Assembly (NCBI GenBank): GCA_963785325.1
Contig: CAWAVC010000016.1
Span: 31,963 to 95,962, forward strand
Reading direction: 5' to 3'
Origin: an uncultured Bacteroidales bacterium
Lineage (GTDB): Bacteria; Bacteroidota; Bacteroidia; Bacteroidales; FEN-979
Length of the DNA stretch: 64,000 bases
Shown: positions 31,702 through 42,707 of the stretch, piece by piece
Position numbering within the stretch: the first letter of the stretch is position 1
Layout: every line of letters begins with the position of its first letter
Notes under the pieces: model-generated
The model's input: the letters and a program-made list of their open reading frames with translations, nothing else
Database searches by the model: none
What the model was told of the DNA's origin: nothing
Made by a program: the position numbers and the translations under genes

Positions 31702-32631
31702 ATGAAGTTGCTGACTCCATTACACTGGGTGGATTACGATCTTATTGATACCGGGGGGCTGGAGAAACTTGAGCGATTCGGGAAATATATTCTCGCCCGT
31801 CCTGAGCCACAGGCGATCTGGTCGAAATCGCTTCCGGAAACAGAATGGGAACGACTTTTTAATGCACAATATAAAAGAACAAAAGGGATTGATCCTTCAA
31901 AACAGGATATAGGTGAGAAAGGGGAATGGAAACTGAAACCCGGAATGCCGGATCAATGGATAATATCATATTCTTATAAAAGAATGCAACTGAAGTTTCG
32001 TTTAGGATTAACTGCATTCGGACATATCGGAATATTCCCTGAGCAGGCAGAGAACTGGAATTTTATTTATGACTTTCTTGACTCATCAACTGTTTTGCAT
32101 AAAACATTAAGGGTATTGAATCTTTTTGCATATACCGGAGGAGCTTCCCTGGCAGCAAGAGTCACAGGTGCCCAGGTTGTGCATGTGGACTCAGTCAGAC
32201 CTGTAGTTACATGGGCTAAGGAAGACATGGAGATCAGTGGACTGGATGGCATTCACTGGGTGGTGGAGGATGCCTTGAAATTTGTAATACGTGAAGTGAA
32301 AAGGGGCAACCGGTACGATGGAATCATCCTAAATCCACCGGCCTATGGGCGGGGACCTCAAGGAGAAAAGTGGATACTCCAGGATTCGATCAACGAGATG
32401 ATAAGATCCTGCAGTCTATTGTTGAACCCTGATGCCGGTTTCTTTATCCTGAGCCTTTATTCCATGGGATTTTCAGCTTTGATTGCAGATAGTCTTGTCC
32501 GATCACATTTTAACCATATCCCTGACCAGGAAATCGGAGAGTTTTATTTTACCGATAGTTCTGAAAAAAAATTACCACTGGGGACTTTTTTACGATTCAA
32601 GAAGCCCAGTTCCAGCCATAGAAAATCATGA
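31702..32631 (+). CDS. Class I SAM-dependent methyltransferase (RlmI/RlmK-like)
   Basis: KLERFG, HIGIFPEQ, LNLFAYTG, ILNPPAYGRG. Confidence 0.85.
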   Translation: MKLLTPLHWVDYDLIDTGGLEKLERFGKYILARPEPQAIWSKSLPETEWERLFNAQYKRTKGIDPSKQDIGEKGEWKLKPGMPDQWIISYSYKRMQLKFRLGLTAFGHIGIFPEQAENWNFIYDFLDSSTVLHKTLRVLNLFAYTGGASLAARVTGAQVVHVDSVRPVVTWAKEDMEISGLDGIHWVVEDALKFVIREVKRGNRYDGIILNPPAYGRGPQGEKWILQDSINEMIRSCSLLLNPDAGFFILSLYSMGFSALIADSLVRSHFNHIPDQEIGEFYFTDSSEKKLPLGTFLRFKKPSSSHRKS

Positions 32632-32643
32632 CGCAGAATGCAT

Positions 32644-32686
32644 CTCATCCCCCGAACTCTTCTCCTGAAGGAGAAGTGGAGTGAAA
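32644..32686 (+). repeat. REP-like hairpin repeat, copy 2 (degenerate)
   Basis: CTCATCCCCCGAACTCTTCTCCTGAAGGAGAAGTGGAGTGAAA. Confidence 0.5.
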
Positions 32687-32719
32687 AGGTAGAGAATATT
32701 TAAAAATGAGTTTCAAAGG

Positions 32720-33848
32720 AGAGTCAAGAAACAGATTTGCTGCAATTCCATCTGCAAAAAGCTTTCCTTCATCCGTCAGGGAATAAGATTCCGGAGTTTT
32801 CAATCATTTCACCAGATATCAAATAGCGGGAAGCAAGCTTTGAAAAGTAGTCAGCCGCCTTTTTCCCCGAATTGTTTTTCGATCATATTCGAATCACAGC
32901 CCCACATGGTTCTCAGGGAAACCATCACGTATTCATTGTATTTCTGTACTTCGGTCAGTTCTTCTGATTCGAAAAATGGTTCCTTACGGTCCATCTGATC
33001 AATGTATTGAACAAGGCTGGCAATGTTCCATTGCCGGGAAGCGCCGTTGTAAGAGTGGGCTGAGGGTCCCAATCCAAGATAGGCTGTCCCGTTCCAATAC
33101 ATGCTGTTGTGTCTTGAATAAAAACCTTTCTGGCAGAAATTTGAAATTTCATAATGTTCAAATTCCTTTTCTTTCATCATTTGTAACAGGATCCGAAAAT
33201 GATCTACAATATACTCTTCCGTAAGGTCTGGTAGTTTCATTTTCCGGATTAGCAAATCCAGTGCAGTTTTTGGTTCGACTGTCAGAGAATAAGCTGATAT
33301 ATGAGGTACTTCCAATGAAAATGCTTTTTCAAGATTTTTCTGCCATTTTTTATTTGTAAGTGTCGGTATCCCATAAATAAGGTCAATGCTAATATTGGTG
33401 AAGCCTGTTTCTTTTGCCTTGAGCACTGATTCTTCAGCACTTACCCCGAATGGATCCGGTCCAGGTACTGAAGGTCATCATCAAAAAATGATTGAACTCC
33501 GATGCTCAGCCGGTTAATTCCTAACGTACGATATTCATGTAAAGCATCGGAATCAATATCATCCGGATTCGCCTCTAGAGTGATCTCTGTATTCCCAGCA
33601 AGCATAAAATATTTCCGTAAGTCTTCCAGGATGCCATTAATCTCAGGGATTTTTAAAATAGATGGCGTTCCGCCACCGAGGTATATAGATTCGACCAGCA
33701 TACCGTTCAAATAATTTTTCCGCAGATAAATTTCTTCCTTTAAAGCATCAAGAAAACGTTCCTTGTACTTTAGAGAAGCCAGCGTGAAAAAGTTGCAGTA
33801 ATGGCATTTTTTCCTGCAAAACGGAATGTGAATATAAATACCAGCCAT
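32720..33848 (-). CDS. hemW: Radical SAM heme chaperone HemW; several frameshifts (near 33445, 32860 and 32785); 3' end approximate
   Basis: YIHIPFCRKKCHYCNF, GGGTPS, EANP, DLIYG, HYEISNF, GLGPSAHS; LTDEGKLFADGIA found in another frame. Confidence 0.88.
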
Positions 33849-33850
33849 GG

Positions 33851-35395
33851 TTACTTTTTCTTTTTCAGAATAATCCGGAAAGTAGTTCCCTTGTTGAGTA
33901 CTGATGATTTGACGAAGATCTTGCCGGAATGATAATTTTTAATGATCCTTCTGGACAAAGTAAGACCCCAATCCCCAGCCTCTTTGTTTGCTTGTATATC
34001 CGGGATTAAAGATTGTCTGGTAGAGTGATTTTTGGATGCCTTTACCTGTATCTGTAACATCGATGATAACATTTCGATCATCTTGTGAAATATCAATATT
34101 AACTTCCCCGCTTCCTTCCTTCCATCGCATCTACTGCATTCTTACAAAGATTTTCAATTACCCATTCAAAAAGATGAATATTGACCGGTGCCATGATCTC
34201 CATATCTATCCCCGGAGTGATACTAAAATTAACTTTTGGTGACGTTCTGGAACGGATATAGGAAATTGAATTATAAACCAGTTTTACAATATCGGCAGAT
34301 TCAAGTCTTGGCTGAGAACCGATCTTTGAAAACCTGTCTGTAATCGTTCCCAGACGATTTACGTCTTTTTCGATCTCGTTTAATGTTTCCCGGTCGACCT
34401 CTTTCAACTTCAGCAATTCCACCCATCCCATCATTGATGAAAGAGGGGTTCCAAGTTGATGTGCTGTTTCTTTGGCCATCCCTACCCAAACCTGGTTTTG
34501 TTCCGATCTGCGTGCTTGGCTGAATAGCAGGTAAGCGATCAGCAGGAACAGGCCGATCACAGCCAGCTGAATGAATGGATAGAACTTAAGCTTGGTCAGG
34601 AGAAAAGAATCCTCATAAAAAATATACCGTGTACCGGTTTCAGCAAGGTTAACTTTGATGGGTGTATTGTGGGACGCCATTGATTCTATCGTGGCTTTGA
34701 CAAATGCGGGGTTGGCCATTTTATTTTCAGGAATATTTCCCGAAACAATATTCCCATTTTCATCCCGGATAGGATTCCTTGACACTATCAGTAATAATGA
34801 CAGGTACGGAGGCAGAATTCAGTACAACTTCAGAAAAAAATGAATTGACCAGGTCGTCCAGTACTTTTCTCAGGTCCGTGAATATTTTTGAATCTTTGTA
34901 ATAAAGAATCAATTTAGCCTTGGGATTATAGTGGGTTATAACTTTCAACTATCGGGGGGTAAACAGAAAATTCTTTCTTAAGTTTTGCAGTCATCTTTTT
35001 AACCGTATCCACGTTGAAATCGACATTTCTCGTGCTCGAAATGTTTCCATTCTCATCGGAAACAATTACTGGGATGGATACATTGTTCTCGATGATGCTG
35101 CTTTCAAAGGTCAGATCTTCACTCATGCTTGCCGTGATCATGCGCCTGTGGGTTTCGGCAACAGTCTTCATCCGAAGGTTTTCTTCCACTTTGATTTGTT
35201 CGAACAATTTATGGGTATAATTGACGATCATAGCCCGGTGATGAATTGCATCGCCCAGATCTCCACATTCTTACGTTCATCCTTACGGATTTCTCCTACA
35301 AGAACATTGGTCAGATAAAGTGAAATGGAGACAATCACGACGGCAACGCCGAAAAGAAACCATTTCCACCGTTTTTTTCTCAGATAGATATCCAC
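33851..35395 (-). CDS. Membrane sensor histidine kinase, broken into several ORFs by frameshifts
   Basis: GTG start VDIYLRKKRWKW plus a TM segment; VWVGMAKETAHQLGTP H-box; ENLCKNAVDAM; DTGKGI..GWGLG; GTTF. Confidence 0.82.
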
Positions 35396-35415
35396 GTCCG
35401 GTTTGTTTTTTTGAT

Positions 35416-36514
35416 TTAAACGTATTTTTCTCCCTTTTCCAGCCGCACATCATTTACAAACTGCCGGATCTGCTGTTCATCTGATTTCCTGCAAACCAGC
35501 AGAACATTTTCTGATTCAACTACAATATAATCAGTAAGTCCTTCCAATACAACCAATTTTTCCTGCGGCATATTCACAATGCAATTAGAAGATTCGAATA
35601 ACATAACATTCTTTCCTATCACAGTATTCCCATTTTCGTCTTTTGAACGATTTTCATAGAGGGAGCCCCAGGTACCAAGATCCGACCAGCCAAAATCGAC
35701 GGCAAGAACGTAAACATCACCTGGCTTTTTCCATAATCCCGTAATCAATAGAAATACTTTTACATATCCCGTAAGCTTCATTGATGAATTCCTGTTCACC
35801 CGGAGTTCCGTATTGCCCGATTCCTTTGCGGAACAAGATATTGATCTCAGGCAGGAAATCAGCAAAAGATTTCATAATGCTTTTCAGCGACCAGACAAAA
35901 ATTCCTGCATTCCACAGAAAATCGCCGCATTTTATGAATGTCGTTGCCAGTTCGATATCCGGTTTTTCGGTAAACGTCTTCACTTTTTTTAAGTGAGGTT
36001 CTTTTGCATTTATGGTTCCTTCTTCAAACTGGATATAACCGTAACCGGTATCGGGCCGGCTTGGACGAATCCCAAGGGTAAGAAGCCAGTTATGCTCACC
36101 GGCTACCTGTAATGCAGTCAGAATATTTTCCAGAAATATTTCTTCTTTCAGGATGATGTGATCGGAAGGTGCCACGACGATACAGGCTTCGGGATCTTTT
36201 GCCAAGATCCTGTAATTTGCATAAGCGATACAGGGTGCAGTATTCCGCCGTGCCGGTTCACAAAGAATCTGTTCGTCGGATATATCAGGTATTTGTTGCT
36301 TCACCAGTAATTTATAGGCTTCGTTTGTGACAATATAGATGTTTTCGGTGTTCATGATCTTTGTAAACCGCCGGTAGGTTTGTTGAATCAAAGTTTCACC
36401 GGTACCAAGAATATCGATAAATTGTTTTGGATGGCTGGTACGGCTCATCGGCCAGAATCTTGCTCCAATCCCTCCTGCCATGATCACGCAAAAGTGATGA
36501 TTTGATTTTTTCAT
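35416..36514 (-). CDS. manC: Mannose-1-phosphate guanylyltransferase; frameshift near 35720
   Basis: IMAGGIGARFWPMSR..PKQF, EPARRNTAP, TGYGYI, FTEKP, SIDYGIMEKA, then DFGWSDLGTW in a second frame. Confidence 0.9.
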
Positions 36515-36578
36515 TTAAAGAGGCTTAAATTCGCTGTAAAATTACAATATAATGGACAGAATCCAATGAATCAGTGCG

Positions 36579-37322
36579 CTATCTGGTTGGCACCGGTAAG
36601 ACCCGTGCCATTGGGCTAAAAAGATAAGTCCTTCCGTTATCAAGACATACACAGCGGTATCGTTTTCGAAGTCTTTCCTGCTTCCTGAATTTTCTCCCTG
36701 CCGGTAATGAAAAGATTGTATCAAATGCCAGTGATTCTATGAATACAGAATCATCCGGAGTATCGTATTTTTTCAATGCAGCTACCAGGTATTTATTCGA
36801 TTTCGAAGAAGAACCGGGATTTTCAAAATGGTTCACCAGGTGATGAAGTACTTCTGCAGGAAAAATAGATTCTTTCATCAATGGTTTCATCAGTTGCAGG
36901 TAATGGTTTTTCCATTCCTTTCCGTGCGGAAGAGGCCGGCGTTTTCTGAGTTTAATTCTAAAACCACTATTCCCAGCCGAGGTTTCAGTCCAAACTTCGT
37001 GGTGTGCCATCTCGTGAACAAGGGTGATCAAAAAATCAAACCTGTTCAGGTTTCTGTTTACTGAAATCCTGGCTGGAAATTTATTCACTGGTAATTTGTA
37101 ATCGCCGAATTTTGACGAGCGGACTTTTGAAATTCTCAGGTGAACCGGATGAACCTGAAACCAATCCAGGATATATCCAATTGAATTTTCCGGGATGAAT
37201 GTTTGAAGATCTGGTATGGCCGGACGCAAAAACGATGAAGGCGGCAAGAGGGATGCACCTGTTTTTTTCTTCAGGGCAGGAAGTGTTTTTTGATGGAATA
37301 AATCCCAATTTTCTAACAACAT
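36579..37322 (-). CDS. SprT-like zinc metalloprotease domain protein
   Basis: TLVHEMAH (HExxH), PHGKEWK, RKRYRC..YLF. Confidence 0.85.
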   Translation of the reverse strand: MLLENWDLFHQKTLPALKKKTGASLLPPSSFLRPAIPDLQTFIPENSIGYILDWFQVHPVHLRISKVRSSKFGDYKLPVNKFPARISVNRNLNRFDFLITLVHEMAHHEVWTETSAGNSGFRIKLRKRRPLPHGKEWKNHYLQLMKPLMKESIFPAEVLHHLVNHFENPGSSSKSNKYLVAALKKYDTPDDSVFIESLAFDTIFSLPAGRKFRKQERLRKRYRCVCLDNGRTYLFSPMARVLPVPTR

Positions 37323-37446
37323 CGTGTTTTCTGCCGTTTTTTCCTGTAATTCTTATTCAGAGATAATTTTTCATTTTTTACACTACGGCAAAAGTAACTT
37401 TTAATCTAAGAAAATACTCTGAAAATTATTTTTTTAACACAAAGAA

Positions 37447-37492
37447 CCCCACCTCAGGCCTTACCCCCAAGAGGGAGAGGAGATTGAACAAT
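37447..37492 (+). repeat. REP-like hairpin repeat, copy 3
   Basis: CCCCACCTCAGGCCTTACCCCCAAGAGGGAGAGGAGATTGAACAAT. Confidence 0.55.
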
Positions 37493-37552
37493 CAAATATC
37501 GATCAACGAGTTCAATTCAGATCGTAAAGATTTAAAAACCTTCCAGAGGCTA

Positions 37553-38781
37553 GTATAACGTTCTTATAATAATATTGCATTATAATAAAAATCGTTTTAT
37601 CTTTGTGGCAAAAATACGCCACAATGAGAAGGACAAAAAAAGCCAAATTGAATCCGACAGATGACGAGAAAGTTGATCTGACAAGGATTGCCAAAAGTAA
37701 AACCCTCCCTCATCGGGAAGTGATAAGGGCAAACATTCTTTTGCAATATATGGAAGATAAAAGCATCACAAGTATTGCGGAAAGTTTGAGAACCAACAGG
37801 CCCCTGGTTGAACGCTGTATTGATAAAGCCATTGGATTTGGGATTAAAACAGCATTGAAGGATCTTCCAGGCCGGGGTAAAAAGCCTGTTATTACCGATG
37901 AGGCGAAAAGCTGGGTTTTGTCGATTGCCTGTCAACGCCCTGTTTCTTTAGGATATGCACATGAGGTCTGGACCTATAGCTTGATGATAAAACACATTCG
38001 TAAAAACTGTCGTGATACCGGGCACCAATGTCTTGAAAACATAAACAAAGGTGTGCTGAACAAAATACTGTCCAAAGGGAATATAAAACCCCATAAGGTC
38101 AGTTATTACCTGGAAAAACGCGATCCTGATTTCGAATTTAAAATGGCCAATATATTACAAGTTTATAAAGAGGTGGCTATTGTTAACGACCAAATGAAGA
38201 AACAAGGAAAAATGACGACCATCTCCTATGATGAGAAACCTGGAATACAGGCTATTAAAAATATAGCCCCTCAACTTCAGCCAGTTGTAGGTAAATATAC
38301 AACGATACAAAGAGATTATGAATATAAACGGTTAGGGACTCTTAGCCTGCTTGCCGGAATAGATTTACATACAGGAAAAATTATTCCTCTGGTAAATGAA
38401 AAACACAGAAGCAAAGAATTTATCATGTTTCTTGAGAAAGTAGACAAGGAATATCCGCAAGATTGGAAGATAAGGATTATTCTTGATAATCATTCAGCCC
38501 ATGTATCAAAGGAAACACAAAAATATTTACTATCCAAACCATCCAGATTTGAGTTCGTGTTTACTCCTAAACACGGTTCATGGCTAAACATGATAGAAAT
38601 GTTTTTTAGCAAAGTAGCCCGATCCTTTTTAAGACAGATCAGAGTGGATACAAAGGCAGAATTGATGCGTAGAATATATCAGGGAATCGAAGAAATGAAT
38701 AATGAACCGGTAATCTTCAGGTGGAAATATAAGATGGATGAGTTAAAAGTCCTATGATATGTTATATAGAGAACGTTATAC
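37553..38781 (+). mobile_element. IS630-family insertion sequence, about 1229 bp
   Basis: Inverted ends TAGTATAACGTTCT / AGAACGTTATACTA; TA duplication at 37551-37552 and 38782-38783 inside a CTAG target; internal TATCTTTG promoter at 37598-37605. Confidence 0.92.
37624..38757 (+). CDS. IS630-family DDE transposase
   Basis: HTH (RANILL..DLPGRG), SYDEKP, YKRLGT, ILDNHSAH, TPKHGSWLNMIE. Confidence 0.95.
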   Translation: MRRTKKAKLNPTDDEKVDLTRIAKSKTLPHREVIRANILLQYMEDKSITSIAESLRTNRPLVERCIDKAIGFGIKTALKDLPGRGKKPVITDEAKSWVLSIACQRPVSLGYAHEVWTYSLMIKHIRKNCRDTGHQCLENINKGVLNKILSKGNIKPHKVSYYLEKRDPDFEFKMANILQVYKEVAIVNDQMKKQGKMTTISYDEKPGIQAIKNIAPQLQPVVGKYTTIQRDYEYKRLGTLSLLAGIDLHTGKIIPLVNEKHRSKEFIMFLEKVDKEYPQDWKIRIILDNHSAHVSKETQKYLLSKPSRFEFVFTPKHGSWLNMIEMFFSKVARSFLRQIRVDTKAELMRRIYQGIEEMNNEPVIFRWKYKMDELKVL

Positions 38782-38958
38782 TAGTATGCTTTTGAGTGGG
38801 AAGTTTAAAACTCATCCTTAAGAGGTCGCTACAGCACAAAGATAGTGCGAAATTCTTGAGTATATTATCAAATTACTTCCATAATAATATCCTTTCAATC
38901 TAGAAAACAAATATTTGAATCCTATTTTTTTGGATACTGCGAATAAGATCCAATAATT

Positions 38959-39508
38959 AATGAACTACCCCGCCGCAAGCAGCGGGGTATCTTAGAACAA
39001 CTCTAACTGTTTACTGCTATGCAAAATAGTATACTCTTTCTCACGTCCCTGATCACGAACATAATTCGTGATGGTCGTTTCGTCACCAAATTTGCTGACC
39101 GTGTTAACAAAATATCCATCTGTCCAAAATTCTCCTCCCCAAAGTTGTTTCTTCACTTCTGGGTGCTTCTTAAAAATCTCTTTAGCCGTGATACTTTTCA
39201 AAATCGTGATGATCTGAGTTACACTCATCTTCGGAACAGATTGAACCAGAAAATGAACATGATCCTTGTCAGTACCTATCTCCAGAAAATGAACCTCATA
39301 TCTCTTCTCGATCTCCAAACAACTCTCTTTCAACGTTTGATCAACTTTCTTGCTAAAAACAACTCTCCGATATTTTGCTGGACACACAAAGTGATACAAC
39401 AATACACTGACATTATGCGATTTATGTATGTACTCGCTTTCGCTCATACATACAAAGATATTAATTACGCCGCAAGCGGCGGGGAACTAACCCCTAAAAG
39501 AGATTAGA
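38959..39508 (-). mobile_element. IS200/IS605-family element (tnpA only), copy 2
   Basis: Same sequence as 12423-12972 (offset 26536 bp, same orientation); translations identical on both strands. Confidence 0.92.
38992..39447 (-). CDS. tnpA: IS200/IS605 Y1 transposase
   Basis: Protein identical to that of 12456..12911. Confidence 0.95.
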   Translation of the reverse strand: MSESEYIHKSHNVSVLLYHFVCPAKYRRVVFSKKVDQTLKESCLEIEKRYEVHFLEIGTDKDHVHFLVQSVPKMSVTQIITILKSITAKEIFKKHPEVKKQLWGGEFWTDGYFVNTVSKFGDETTITNYVRDQGREKEYTILHSSKQLELF

Positions 39509-39798
39509 AAAAGGGCCTTTTATTATTGCTTAATTTAATGAGTCATAACGCTGTGCCGCCAGTCGTAATGATGACCTCAGAAGATTTTATATTTGCTTTT
39601 TGTTCAGAATTGGATGAAATACCAAATTTTAAAATTTATATAATTTTCTTGACATACCTGTTTTAGTTATTTACCTTTACTGTATGTGTATTAGGAAGAA
39701 TTAAATTATATAAAAATCTTTTGAATAGTTGTGATTTTTTATAATTATCTTATTTTGATGTCAATATCTCTTTCCAATTCTAATTAAAAGTTAAGCAC

Positions 39799-42661
39799 AT
39801 GAAAAAGATTGTTACTCTTTTAATGGTCACTGTAATTTTTATCAGCCTTGCCTATGGTAAGAAGGTTGATGTGAACACAGCGCAGACTGTTGCCCGCCAG
39901 TTTATGGTTAACAAGGCTATTATGGGTAAATTGATAAAGATCCGGAATATCAGCCTTACATATACTTCAGTCCCGGCAAACGGCACTAAGGCTCCTTCCG
40001 GTGACTCTGTAGTGAATTATTATGTATTCAACATTAATTCGACCCAAGGATTTGTTATTGTCTCCGGAGATGATATTGTGGAGCCTATACTTGGCTATTC
40101 CAACCAGAAATCCTTTGATCCGGACCATATTCCAGCTCATGTGGCGGCATGGTTAAAAGGGGTCATCGCAATAATGCGTACCTGAGTCAATCAATTTAAA
40201 ATGAATAAAATAACATATTTTGTTGTTAAAATTGTGAAATGGGAAATAACCTCGGAAAGCCTTGTGTGTTATGGGTTATTCTCATTTCACAATTACAAAA
40301 AAAAATCATTTCAAAGCGATTTTTAGAACCATATTTATAATGCTTATAATCAATCTGTTGAAATAGCCAGGTACGCATCTTTGCGAAGAACCGTTAAAAG
40401 GATATGAAGACCAGATACAGTTCGCCATTGAAAGGCAGATGAAGTCTACACCAAAGATCATGGCAGAATGGGAACGCTATAAAAGCATTAATAATCAGAA
40501 CCCGGTCTACAGGAGTCCTGCAAGTGTATATCCCTTGGTTCAAACTACCTGGAACCAGTCTCCTTATTATAATGACTTATGCCCTTACGATAACAATGCC
40601 GGCGAGTTGACGGTGACAGGTTGCGTCGCAACGGCAATGGCACAGGTTCTTAAGTACTGGAACTTCCCAACGACCGGTGCAGGATTTCATTCATATAACG
40701 ATCCTAAATACGGAACACAATCGGCTGATTTCGGCAGCACGACCTATGATTGGGCCGATATGCCTCTGGTGCTCAACGGCCCTAATACTTCTATAGCAAC
40801 ACTTATGTATCATTGCGGAGTCAGCGTGAATATGACCTATGGCACTGCTGAAGCAGGAGGAAGCGACGCTTATGTGATCTCTTCACAGAGCCCGATTACA
40901 AATTGTGCAGAATATGCACTCAAGACTTATTTCGGGTATCCGACGACGCTTAATGGACAGGTCAGGCAGAATTTTGATGATAATACCTGGAAAAATATGA
41001 TAACAACCGATCTCGATGCAAGCAGACCGATCATTTATGCAGGATTTGGCAGTGGAGGGGGGCATTGTTTTGTTTGCGACGGTTATGACAATAACGGCTT
41101 GTTCCATTTTAACTGGGGGTGGCAAGGACAATATGATGGTTATTTTGACATCGATGCATTGAATCCTGAAGGTTTGGGTATCGGCGGAGGTACAGGAGGC
41201 TTCAACAGCGGCCAGCAGGCAATTTTCGGTATACAGGGCAGTAATGGCGGCGGCGGTGGAAATCAGACTTATGGACTGGCACTTTATTCCAACTTGAATA
41301 TTTCTACATCGCCTATTGGTTATGGTGATCCATTCTCTGTAAGCACCGATATCGCTAATTTTGGTCCGGGTACATTCCAAGGGACTGTTTGTGCAGCTAT
41401 TTTTGATACCAGTTTTGCATTCATTGATTTTGTCGATAGCATACCCAACGTGACCTTTGATTCCGGGTATTATTATTCAACGACATTCGACTACCCTGGA
41501 AAGTTTACTCTTCTTCCCGGCACTTATTATATTGCCACATATTATAAAGCTACCGGAGGGAACTGGAAGCTGATCGGTAATTACCATACCTATTACAATT
41601 TTCTTCAGGTACAGGTTGTGAATTCAAACAGCATAGAAATGTATGCCGCAATGACCGTTACACCGGGAACAACATTGACAACAGGACAGCAGGTTTCTGT
41701 TCACCTCGACGTGGCCAACTTTGGTGAATCAGAATTCAATGGGATCTTTGACGTTTCACTTTATAATCTAGATGGTTCTTTTGCAGTAACCATCCATCAA
41801 TTAACAGGAATGAGCCTTCCTGTCGGGGATCATTATATAAACGGATTGACTTTCACTAATACGGATCTTATTGTCAATCCGGGAACTTACCTTATGGCAT
41901 TGCAATATTCCGAGGATAACGGCAACTCCTGGTCTCTTGCCGGTTCACAGAGTTACGAAAATCCAATCTTTGTTCTCGTACAACAAGCAGGCCTCAGTCC
42001 TGATCCGTACGAACCAAATAATACTCCGGACGAAGCATATCTCCTTGCCATTAGTTTCATCGGAAATACTGCTTCAGCCAGTACTCCGGGCTCCAACTGC
42101 AATACCGGAACAGATTATGATTATTACATGATCACTCTTTCCCAGGACTCTTCTTATACAATCAGTGCACGCGTCGATGATGCCAATTATAACGCTGATC
42201 TTGGAAGCTATACACTCAATGCAATCTGGACCGATTCCATTGTTGGAAGTCCAAGGTCACCGGTATATAGCGGTCCGGCTCCCGACAATATTATGCTGGC
42301 GAATGGCGGAACAATACTTTTCGAAATTGTACCTGAATATACCGGACTAACAGGAACCTACAATCTTGTATTGAGCATACAGAGAAACCCTCTCGGGATT
42401 GCTGAATCCAGCCAGAATTCATTGAATGTTTATCCTAACCCTGCCAACGATTACATCTATATTGCACCTGCAAGCCGGCAGCAATGGCCTTCACTAGTCA
42501 GGATCACCACCATCGAAGGACGCGAGGTGATGAATATTGAGCCGGATCAGCAACATGATAAAATTATGATATCGATTGGCAATCTTCCGGATGGGATCTA
42601 TTTTCTGCTGGCAACAACCCCGGATGGCGTAATCTCAAAACAAATCGTCATAAGCAAATAG
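39799..42661 (+). pseudogene. C10 (streptopain/SpeB/PrtT-like) cysteine protease with I69 propeptide and T9SS type A CTD, interrupted by a MITE
   Basis: 5' ORF has signal peptide and propeptide (YYVFN..GFVIVSGDD..PILGYS). 3' ORF has TGCVATAMAQ, GGHCFVCDG, HFNWGW and a YPNPA CTD. Removing 40160-40400 gives one 873-aa frame (WLKG-YEDQIQFAIERQ-MKST). Confidence 0.9.
40160..40392. mobile_element. Non-autonomous MITE (233 bp) with ISL3-type ends
   Basis: 25-bp imperfect TIRs (GGGTCATCGCAATAATGCGTACCTG vs GGTTCTTCGCAAAGATGCGTACCTG, 21/25 matching); 8-bp TSD GTTAAAAG at 40152-40159 and 40393-40400; no ORF. Confidence 0.88.
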
Positions 42662-42707
42662 ACCTGACGATCAAAGGCGGGTTAGATGTTTTCTTTGTAT
42701 TGTTTTG

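Larger units (their letters stand above)
37504..38831 (-). ncRNA. Candidate 6S-like RNA (about 97 nt when reconstructed), interrupted by IS630
   Basis: Removing the IS and one TA gives a rod-like sequence with UAGCGA/UCGUUG closing stem and AAACUUCC/GGAAGGUUU inner stem. It starts 5 nt after an exact TATCTTTG -7 element (38837-38844, minus strand). Resemblance to 6S-Flavo RNA is from recall only. Confidence 0.5.

Noticed and set aside
32320..32350. NPPAY instead of the usual DPP motif in the RlmI-like methyltransferase, hinting at an N6-adenine MTase
   Set aside because: It is a single D-to-N change in an error-prone region; the rest of the protein is a typical RlmI-like family member.
39540..39580. 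Weak hairpin (GAGTCAT...ATGACCTC) downstream of IS copy 2
   Set aside because: Short and imperfect, with no riboswitch, tRNA or att-site features.
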